A stretch of DNA of 64,000 bases from Chlorokybus atmophyticus (lineage: Eukaryota > Plantae > Mesostigma and Chlorokybus algae). Position numbers and translations under genes: made by a program. Shown here one piece after another: positions 53,650 to 64,000 of the stretch. The stretch spans positions 633,036 through 697,035 of the forward strand of contig RHPI01002048.1 in assembly GCA_009103225.1 (NCBI GenBank), in the 5' to 3' direction. Each line of letters opens with the position of its first letter. Within the stretch, counting starts at the first letter, position 1. Below the pieces are notes generated by a model. It ran no database searches, had not been told where the DNA came from, and saw only the letters and a program-made list of their open reading frames with translations.

Positions 53650-54517
53650 TCTTGCTGTTGCTGTTGTTGTTGTTGTTGTTGTTGTTGAAACTCCTGCCAT
53701 GTGTTCGCAGGCGGACACTCTTCCTCCCAAGCTGGCGACAATCAGCTACCCTCTGCTCGAGACAGAAGACGTGTTTGTGGTCCACGGCTTTGCGTTCAAA
53801 GACTACCTCTCGGAGCTCCCTGTGCCCTCCACAATCTTCACTGTAAGCCAACAAATACCCAACATGTTGACTACAGAACGGTGAGTAACCACATCACATG
53901 CAGAATGGTTCCAACCTCAACGGTGCCTTCACGGACGTGTATGTCAACACGCGTGACTTCCTCATGGATGTGTTTGACGTGACCGAAGACGAGGCTCTGT
54001 CTATCATGGCTACCGCTGTGGATTATACAGTCACGCAGGTGTGCTGCGTTGTGAGTTGTTGCCTATGTGAATGTGTTGTTAGCATTGAGAACTGATGGAG
54101 TGGACTCAACAGGTTGTGGATGGCAACTGGGGGATCCATGGCTCCATCAAGAAGTCGTTGTTTAAGGTAAGCAAGCACGCAGTGTAGTTGCCGTTGCAGA
54201 TGTGGATGTGTGACCTTTGTGTGCATGCGTGCCAACATGTGCAAGAGTAGGTGCGAGTGGGCATGTGCGTTGGTATGCGCATGTGTATGCATGCGGGTGC
54301 AAGCCGTGCTGCTTGTGTTTGCACAGCTCAGAAGAGAGCTGTACGCACGCACATGCATGCATTGCGCACGTACGCGCACGCTTGCACTCACATCCACACA
54401 TGTGTATATGTACAGATATCCAAGGGCAGGAAGCTACTTGAGATGTTCAAGGGGACCGCGGGTCAGCGAAAACTGCTCAGCTGGTTCCAGAGGCAGCGCG
54501 ACAGTCAGCGCCAATAG
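51324..54517 (+). CDS. Acetamidase/formamidase family protein (FmdA/AmdA) with N-terminal signal peptide
   Basis: Hydrophobic LCLWLLLLVSCYCWVDTVLA; ANKETVRWGY, SGDEITVEAVTHHAGD, GVHVVTGPI..CGCEPGDVLQVDILDL, RPHLGIM, APPSKFGGNVDDWRIGKGATMYY, VGDTHAAQGDSELDGTAMETSL, VTQVVDGNWGIH. Confidence 0.9.
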
Positions 54518-54996
54518 AAAGTTGTAGTTAGCCTCTTGGTTGTCGTGCAGGACTAGAGCCTTTACCAGCTGCAAGCGAGGGCTGTTGCACAATAGCATGC
54601 CCTGTATGGGTAGCCAATATGCTCATTGTGCGTTGGAACAACAAGGTGCGTATAGAGTGATGTGGACTTTGCTTAGGTGCTTCTATGGCATTTGCTGCAG
54701 ATGTTATTTAGATGTTGACGTGCACGGAACCGTGAACATACAAACTCACAGGTTTATGACATGATGTACATACTTTCCACATTTCAGTTTGTATAAGCTC
54801 TTCAATGATACAATACATGTAGTATACGTTCTGCATATGCTGCAATCGCGCACGCTTTAGATGCTGAAGTCACCCAACTCCGCTCTAGCAAAGATATTCA
54901 ATGTGCACGTTACATAATGTGTGCACCGCAACTGTGTGATAATCAACTTAAGACTTTGCATAATACATTGTAGCATCATATATATATATACATATG

Positions 54997-55892
<896 letters not shown>

Positions 55893-56819
55893 CGATTNAT
55901 ACATGCACAATTCACCTACACGCGAACCGGGGGTCACACTTGATCCAATGCAAACCTTGTTTGTGCGACACGGACTATAACCACTGGCCTTTGTCTATTT
56001 AGGGAAATTTAAGATGCATTGCTTGTATAAACCATCACATTCTTATTATCATTATTTTTATAGTGGAACGTTCCATCCATTGGTGTGCAATAATGAATGT
56101 GTAATGTCAGTGCATGAGTGACATGCAATGATACTACTCTCATCATGGAGTATTCTTGCCTGTCTAAAGCGCTTCACTCGATTTTCACATGGCAGTGATA
56201 CAGCCATATGTGTTCTTGGAATACACTGTTGCACCTGAGGCATGCTGAATTACTGGTAATGTGGCCACATTACTGGCGTACTACACGTGGCTATGGGCCT
56301 TGTGCCATGCAGTTGTGGCGCACCACCGCTACAACGCTTCGGACGTTCATGGCCTGTAATAACCCTCGGGTGACGCGGGGCGTACCACCGTTAGATCAGT
56401 AATCATTACTGATCCAATGATTGCAAGCCAATTCGCGAGCGAATAAACCGTTGAGGATTGCCCTAAGCGAACGCACACACGGTGATGCACTCCCTCCCAG
56501 TGTCACCAAGCTAAAAAAGCGACGTTTTGTTGACTCAGACTTGTCTGCAAGGCGTTATTAATAGTAATAATAACATAATAATGACACTAGGCGTGATTTC
56601 ATGAGAAGGATGCGCGGCAGCCAATATTTGTGCGCACTGTAAGGAGATAGGTTGAGCGCAAGCACAGCTTGCGTAGCACTTTAAATGTCACCTGTAACGA
56701 ACTTATGCACAATATCGTGCCTTGCGAAAACCGCCCTCCCGGACCGATTAATAATGGCGCCGCGCGTCATTATAGCGTTGCTGGCTTGGCCGCTATAAAT
56801 TGCGCTAGAACTCAGAGTC

Positions 56820-56899
<80 letters not shown>
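56820..56899. repeat. Poly-C tract ending in N
   Basis: About 80 consecutive C. Confidence 0.9.
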
Positions 56900-58379
56900 N
56901 GCGTATAGATCAACTCTTGTGGAGCTTATAAATTGATTGACTTTTGTTTGTTAAGGAAAAGCCCATACAGAGTAATTGTAGCATACATATGAGTTGCGAT
57001 TAAGCAAATTAAGCGGACGAGGCCGCATGCAAACAAGCACACGGCAAGATGCATGAATGTTAATGGTGGAGTTGCAACCATACACTTGCTAAGTCATGAA
57101 CCTCAACGGCAAGATGTAAGACATGAGCACTATGACCCTTAAGCATTAACGAGGGTGGGAGGCAAGAGGAGATGTGCTGAGTACGACAACTTGCAGATTG
57201 CAGGAAGAAGGTATGGTGAGCTTAGGTCCGGGGGACAGCCTTCAACAGCATGCACGACGTAATTATCAATCCCTAGAGATATGCTGCAATATGCTGCGAC
57301 AAATTGACCCCCTGCGTCATCCACCCATATGTTGGTTCTTATGCTTCGCCGCCATAGCTCCTCAGGTTCAACGAATATACATTAGTGGCAACTTACCACA
57401 TGTGTATATCAAGTGCATCGGGTATTCAATCGTAGTTGCTCTGTTGTTAATTGAGGACTGAGCATGCTGCGTCCACCACTCACTGTCAGTTCCACTTGTT
57501 ACACCAATGTAGCAACTTTACTTGCCATTCGTGAGGATCATGGCATAAAGGACACGTGCATGCTCAGTAAAACGCAAATGCAACTGCAGCGGGCTGGACT
57601 TTTTTGCACTTAGCGCTCTGATGTTTTGCAGAATTGGCGGCTACCAGTGGGTGTTGAACTGCTGTATTCTCCTCTTGTGCTCCAGCCAGTTCGCTTGCCT
57701 CGGCATGGTACCGATGATCTGTAAGCTTAACCAAGACCCCACGCAAGCTAGCACCATCAACTCCCATGTTGGGAGTCTCATCATATATTCACATGTTTGC
57801 ACATGTTTGCAAACCTGAGGTTATTATATAGTAAGCAAGGGATGCCATACTAGTACATGTTGATATGATATCCACATGTACAATCAACATGACTGAACAA
57901 CAATGACTTTGAGTAAGTTACCAACTCTTGATCACACGCGGTGCATCACACGACTTGACGTTTGCGGGCCATATATGGTCCGCACACAAACCCCGCAGAC
58001 CAAACATGATCTTATGTAAGTGGGCGCGCGCGCGCGTGTGTGTGCGTGCACCATTATTGCAAGTGTTAATCACATCATGCGCGCACCCATGCACGCGCAC
58101 ACGTGCTCACGAACACGCACACACGCACCCACACATGCACCCAACATGCACAATATTGCGCTTACCGCTGCGTGCACGTGTCTATCCGTTGAGCGGGAAT
58201 CGGCCTTGGAAGCTCGAGGAGGCCAACGGGTCCAACCAAGAGTCTTGTGCACACGTCGGGTTGCCCTTAGCCCATGCATGCGGTGGCGGTGGGGGTGGCG
58301 GTGGGGGTGGCGATGGCGGAGGCGGAGAAGACGGTGGAGGCGCTGCACTGAGAGTTAGAATTAGCAATCAGAGGTTACA

Positions 58380-58440
58380 TACAGGGCATCGATTATCCGA
58401 ATTCAAGGTCCTTGAATTCGGATAATCGAGGTGATGTGCA
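58380..58440. mobile_element. Collapsed TIR pair (tiny MITE or remnant), pogo/Tigger-like
   Basis: Perfect 20-bp arms tcgattatccgaattcaagg-t-ccttgaattcggataatcga (58389-58429); the CCTCGATTATCCGAA core resembles pogo/Tigger-type TIRs as I recall them. Confidence 0.45.
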
Positions 58441-59447
58441 TATGAATGCGCATCCTTAGTGAAGCTCAAATTGTGATTATGCGACTATATACTTCACATT
58501 GTCAAGTTAACATGCAAAACAAGACGACATTAATAAGAAGCAATGCTACTCACGCAAGCAGCACGACAATTACCAACCTCATGTAAGGCAGCTGACATAT
58601 ACATTGTGTTCACTCACGCATTAATTGGCTGCATATATTTCATTTGAATTGGTTAAGCGTTCTATATATCGAACAGTACAAGGGGAGGNGGGGGGAGGGG
58701 GGATTTGTTTGGGCGTGTGCATGCTCCCGCATATTAGTGATTATACCACAAACAATTGCACAATAAAACTATTCAATTATAATCTCATCTCATCATTGAA
58801 GTTTGCGTATCTTAACGATGCACACTTAATGTGATGGGTCACAAATGTTATGTTACATATTATACACTATACATGATATCGTCGCAAATTTTACACGGTG
58901 ACTGACTAAGGACTGAGGGACTGACTGGTGCCTGAGCCTGCCTGAGCCTGCCTGTCGCTGCCTGAAATATTACTTTTGGACTGTTGGGTTTGCCGTTGGC
59001 TTAAGTGGACTAACACAGACGGCCGCGGGCCGAAAGTGGTTGTCAGTGGCACTAACCGGCCGAGAGTTGTCAACCAGTTACCCTTTGGTCGATGTGCACA
59101 GACGGCCGTTAGCCGGTAGTTACGGACAGCTGACAGCAATAGCCGGCAGTTTCTTTGCCGTTACACTGCTATTTAAAATGTGACCCTTGCCGTTTGACAA
59201 AAGTTGGCAATTCTTGCCGTAAGCCAACACTAACATGCCATGCAGCTTGTACAAACCTTGGACTGATTGTTTGGTCTTGCACCTAAAAGCCCACAATATA
59301 TACAATGTACGGGCAGTGGTGAGAGTATGTCCACTTACAACTGAGCAGCCGACTTGCGCATGAAACTACCCTAAAACATTGAGTCTAGCTGTCGGACTCA
59401 TGCGCAGCTTGTCAACCCGTGGTGCCTGCCTCAGAAAAAACTCCTCC

Positions 59448-60387
59448 TCAAACCCCCTCCTCCTGTTCCTCCTCCGACGAGTCTTCTGCTTCAACGCCGG
59501 AGTCAACTTCATCCGCTGCCTCGCTCGCTGACAGTACAGCGGCTACTTTGTCCTTCAGCTTGAATGCCAGCGCCTCGCCGTGCACGCGCATGCGCTTGAT
59601 GGTCGCTTTGAGAGTGACCACCTGCATTTGGTAATGCTGTAAGAGTGGCGTGCTGCCAGAGGACTAGCCCATCAGCATACACACGCTTACCTCGTCTTCC
59701 GCTTTGTTGCACTCCGCCAGGCAGACAGTCAGCCTGCCGCGCTGCTCTTGGTTCACTCTGACCAACATGGCAATCTGCAAGCATACTTAATTACCGCTGG
59801 AAGCATTAAACTAGGTCATGGATTACCCATTCGTGGTACTCCGCAGCTTCTCTTTTGCGACTTGTGAGCTCCCGCAAGTAGAAATAGGCTGTGCATTTGC
59901 GAGATTGGTCATGCTGTTCATGTGCATGACACTGGAGGTTGTGCATGAGGGTGTGCATGTGGTATTGACAGTGTATGTCAAGTGCAAGATACTTGAGGCT
60001 GTGCATGTGCAAGATAAAAGAACCCTAGCATGTGGCATTGACAGTGCATCGTAACCCACCTTGGTTATGCCAGTCTTATTTGGTTCCTTCAATCATGTCG
60101 CCGTGGTCGCATCTGCTGGTGGGTCGGATTTTCTTAGAGGCAGTAGTGTGGTGTGCCTTTGCCCACTAGGAGGGGGAGCCCTGTAAGATGTCGCCCGAGT
60201 CACTGTTGTCATTGGATGTGCCCTTGGTAGTCTTGGTGGGGTTTGACACCGAGGACACCCCTCCGGCACCCTGCCCGCCCTGTGCTAACATGGAATTCAT
60301 CCCGGACCTCGACCACAATGCCCACTACGCCCCTGGTAGCGCCGCCAACGATCCTCCAACGCCACATACCCTCGGCATCACGCCCAT
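59448..60387 (-). pseudogene. Decayed 4-exon accessory gene (low-complexity N-terminus, short Cys/His patch, coiled coil, acidic tail)
   Basis: Phase-0 GT-AG exons ...KTGITK|CHAHEQHDQSRKCTAYFYLRELTSRKREAAEYHEW|IAMLVRVNQEQRGRLTVCLAECNKAEDE|HYQMQVVTLKATIKRMRVHGEALAFKLKDKVAAVLSASEAADEVDSGVEAEDSSEEEQEEGV*; exon 1 has in-frame TAG and TGA. Confidence 0.5.
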
Positions 60388-60459
60388 GTAAGGGCATAGC
60401 TTGGCGGAGCTATCAATGGTGTTTTCACGCGCAGGGGGACTGACATTGACAGAGTTGTC

Positions 60460-60655
60460 AATGGTACGAACTGCCATTGCCATTGTACAAAGGTACCATT
60501 TCAATGGTACCTTTGTACAATGCCTATACCTTTTGGCAAAGGCATCTTCGTACCATTGAAACGGTTCAATCAGTATATATATATATATATATATATATAT
60601 ACTGAGACTCACCCTGGACGTGCAATGGCTCGATCGTACCATTATAATGGTACGA
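60460..60655. repeat. Palindrome/AATGGTAC repeat cluster with (AT)n
   Basis: Perfect 20-bp-arm hairpin 60481-60522, perfect 22-bp palindrome 60634-60655, about six copies of AATGGTAC/GTACCATT in both orientations, (AT)n at about 60574-60600. Confidence 0.8.
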
Positions 60656-60719
60656 CGGAGCCAGTGACTGGCGGCCAAGTTTCCCGCCTCTGGCATGCAA
60701 GGGTAGCGGTAGCGGTGGC

Positions 60720-60751
<32 letters not shown>

Positions 60752-60818
60752 GTGTGCGTGTTGCTGGATATGATGCAGGTTACATTGGCGACACCTGTGT
60801 CGACGTTAGTAGTGAGAT

Positions 60819-63800
60819 ATGGGAGTCCTTTGTCCGTATTGCCACATGCGCTTCGCCACACGCAGCTCGGTCTACATGCACATTATTAGCAGCAGGGTGT
60901 GCAAGCAGATCAAGCTGTATGTCGGCCAGCGTCCATTACAGTACGATGCGGGTCATGTTGAACCGGGGAGTTCGATCCAGGATGCTCACATGCTTGATGC
61001 TGAAGGATTCCTTCAGGAGACACACGCACAGCAGCAACAGGAGGAGGAGGAAGTGAACGAGGGCTTTCGATGTGTGCGTGTGCCTGAGAAACTTGTGGCA
61101 CGCCAACATGGAAGTGGAGGCGTCCCTTCGCACGCATTGGAATCCAGGTGGTATGGCTCGGAGCATGCTCTTGCAGTGGCATTCGTGCAGTGCAACAACG
61201 GCCAAGGCCTGTCGGCCTCCGACATGGGGCGGATCATCAAGTGCATCCGAAATGCACACTTCCTGACGGAAGAGCTCCAGTGGGAGACCGGTGTGCATGT
61301 GGCCTGCTACCTCCGGATCACGATTGCTTTCTCTCAGTCTGAGGTGTATTCACGGTGTTCGGTGCATGTGCTTCAACCATCAGAGCCATGTCACATATGC
61401 ACATGCGAGTGTGCTGCCGTATCAGAACCACGTGACGGCTGACCTGCGCAAGCTTGGAGACTCTGAGGATCAGGACATCTGCGTCACATATATGCCGGCC
61501 AAGGTCTGTGAAATGCAGTACCTAATGCAGTATCGATGCAGTATCTATTCTGAGGCTAGCATCGTAAGTAATGCTCTTGGTCGGAGCAGGTATGGCTCGC
61601 GCGGTTGTATGGCAATCCACATGCCGCCAATGGCTTCAATCTCTAGTACACTGGTGACGAGCACAGCTTTGGCCATCCTTCCACGGGCGATTGGTAGAAG
61701 GATGTGGAGGTGGATTTGAGGAGAGAGGTGGGGGAAGCGGCCTACTTGGCGCCTGCCATTCTGTACAGTGACAAGACCACGCTGGACAGCGCGGGCAAGC
61801 ACTCTGGTTACCCTCTGATGGCATCGCTTGCCAACTACAGTTGGGACATGTATGCTAGCAATATGGGGGTTGTTATGATAGCGCTTCTGCCGGTGGTTCA
61901 CGCAGTGGCCGGGCATCCCACATGGGCGCAGGGCAAGGAATCGTTCTCTATTCGGAAACGTCAGATTTTTCATGACGCTTTGAATGTAGTGTTAGGGGAT
62001 GTGAAGCGGGCGAGTTGAGAAGGTCTGCAGCTCATCGACCCGAATGGCATCGAGCGTCGTGTGTTTCCTGCGCTTGCCAACTACATCAGCGATTTGCAGG
62101 TAGTGGGCATGAATGGTTGTAACCGGATGCAGCCTGCCAGCAAACAGTGCATGGAGGATGTTGTCAGTAGAACATCTGAGTTTGTCGTGTTGTAGGAGAC
62201 TGCCACACTCGCATGCACTGTGTCGGGCAACCAAGCACGACATTCTTGCGATGTTTGTCTCGTCAACAAATCAGATCTGTTGGAGATGGATGAGGACCGG
62301 GAATTGAGAACCGAGGCCTTCTACACACCAGCAATACGTCAGCTGCGGGCGGACCTGCATAGCGGTGTTAGGAATGCACGCCATACAGCCAAGGCTTTCA
62401 AAGAGCAGCACTCCATGCATGTCGAGGAGGTAATGGTCAAATCATCGGCATTCGTGAGGATGAATGGCTTTCCGTGAAACCAGGCAATGTGGTTTGGCAA
62501 CAGAATGCACTGTGGGGTTGGCGACAGTCGCGGGTGCCGCGAGCGTATTGCTACTCTCGTCTTGCCCCTGATGCAATGCATGTGCTAGGAGGCATCATTG
62601 ACCACCTGCTTGCTGCTGTGTGCGACGCCGCGAAGGAATGAATGCGTCCATCCACGAGACAGATTCTGCAGGCCAGGCACGTCTTTGGTGTTGCTTTTGT
62701 GTTGAACACAAAAGCAACACCAACGACACGTGCTCACGAGCAGATGTGCACAGGCTGAATGCATGCAAGGCGACTCTGCGGGTTTCGCACTTCAAGGCAC
62801 GCACAAGCACAGTAGATTTCTTTCTGTCCGACCACTCCTTTCAGGTGGTGGAGAAAGTGGCGGTGCTGCAGCTGCTGCCGGTCCTCGCAGACGGTTTGCT
62901 GCTCGACAGTGAGGGCAACGATTTCTTCACCATTGCTGCCGCATCGCTTGCACAGTGGAACAAGAAGTTGCTCAAGGCGCATGAACATACAAGAGAGACC
63001 CTGACCACAGCCGACAACGAGCTGGCTGCCTTCAAAGCTGCAGTGTTGCATCCGCTACTGTCGTCATATTCTGCACAGAAGTCAGGTTGAAAGATCGAGA
63101 AGATGCATCAGCTCACTCATTTTGGGCCGGCAATTGTCAGCAATGGACACCCAGATTGGTTCAGCGCCAACCGCATGGAGCAGACGCACGCCCAAAATAT
63201 GAAACGGTGGGCGCGTGGTGGCAACAACCGGGACTACCAGGCACGTATCCTGAAGGCATGGAGCTGTGCGGAATATGTGAGAGAGGATGGCATGGTCGTG
63301 GATCCCGAGATGCGCTCGATCATGGCGCAGGCGCGGCAGCAGTGCTGTAATGTCATGGAGAAGACGGACAAGTTGCTATGGATGGATGTGCTGACAAGGA
63401 GGGAGTCCAGCCCGTACTTGAGCGGATCTGCGCGTAGCCGCCAAGTCGCCTTGAAGACTCCATTCGCCGACAAGCTGCCTGCCACCCTGGACAGCTGGAT
63501 GAGGAGGGAACAACTGGCTGACGGGTGGCGTGCTGTTCGCGTGGTGAACGGAGGCGCAGCAGTGTACATGACATCAGGAGTCAGCATGGCGCGCGCAACT
63601 GGGATGTTCCATGGGCGGCCTTGGTTCTCTACACTTGAGTTGAAAGGTGATGAGGACGGTGTGAACGTGACGTGGTGGGCTCAGGCACTCCTTTTTCTGC
63701 GCGTGGTGGTGTGGGGTGGTAGCGGCGAGCGCGTGTGGAAGGAGGTCGTGTTTGTCCGCTGGTACACGAAGCTGGATGTGACGAGCGACACAAAGTGCAT

Positions 63801-63960
63801 CGCTCTGGAATGGGAAAAGCGTCGAGGCGGTCCACATCTCGATGTCGTGACTCTGGAGCAAGTAAAAGGCATTGTCCAGCTGCTCCCCATGTTTGACAAG
63901 GACAGCGCCCGTGTACAAGAGGGCAAGTATTGGGTGAACGTTCACTGCACTTCCACGTGA
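60819..63960 (+). mobile_element. Plavaka-type transposase, intron-containing, inactivated by at least 5 premature stops
   Basis: N-terminal CPYC...H zinc-finger-like; TGDW*, AILYSDKTTL...YPLMASLAN...IALLP, IFHDAL...GLQLIDPNGIERRVFPALANYISDLQE...CDVC, PDAMHVL, KMHQLTHF...G...E..H..N.K, and a C-terminal BAH-like segment FVRWY...LDVVTLEQVKGIVQLLP...YWVN. These match the Plavaka family as I recall it. Confidence 0.8.
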
Positions 63961-64000
63961 CACATGTACTTGTCTCACTACTCTGAGTTTGGAGCATATC

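Noticed and set aside
57170-57780. Exon-like fragments that might be another decayed transposase
   Set aside because: Multiple stops and no motif I can assign; needs tBLASTn.
61644-61697. Fungal RIP-like CpA-specific mutation in the transposase
   Set aside because: Only two of five stops fit CpA context; the others fit CpG or CpC, so a specific RIP claim is unsupported.

Overview
Intron-rich eukaryotic genomic window from a short-read-style assembly (N gaps flanked by poly-C). A SPIKE1-type DOCK, AAACCCTAA teloboxes and a flagellar dynein-associated gene together suggest a flagellate streptophyte green alga (inference). Host genes, mostly head-to-head pairs: G3BP-like NTF2 protein (-), long coiled-coil protein (+), DYBLUP/MOT7/TEX47-like BLUF-fold protein (-), PP2C (+), RmlD/MAT2B-like reductase (-), Nup188 (+), a frameshifted secreted beta-propeller gene (-), RPL22 (-), a small hypothetical protein (+), SPIKE1-like DOCK GEF (-) and a signal-peptide acetamidase/formamidase (+). 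Mobile DNA: (1) a young full-length Ty3/gypsy chromovirus (29013-35993) whose gag and pol lie in the same frame separated by one TAG, with an extra degenerate Dam-like (N6-adenine MTase-fold) segment before the protease; (2) a truncated Penelope-like RT with a fold-back junction; (3) a collapsed pogo-like TIR pair; (4) a decayed intron-containing Plavaka transposase head-to-head with a co-decayed accessory gene across a palindrome-rich spacer. Many perfect short hairpins (20-32 bp arms) are scattered through the window. All homology calls come from motif recognition by eye, not from database searches.
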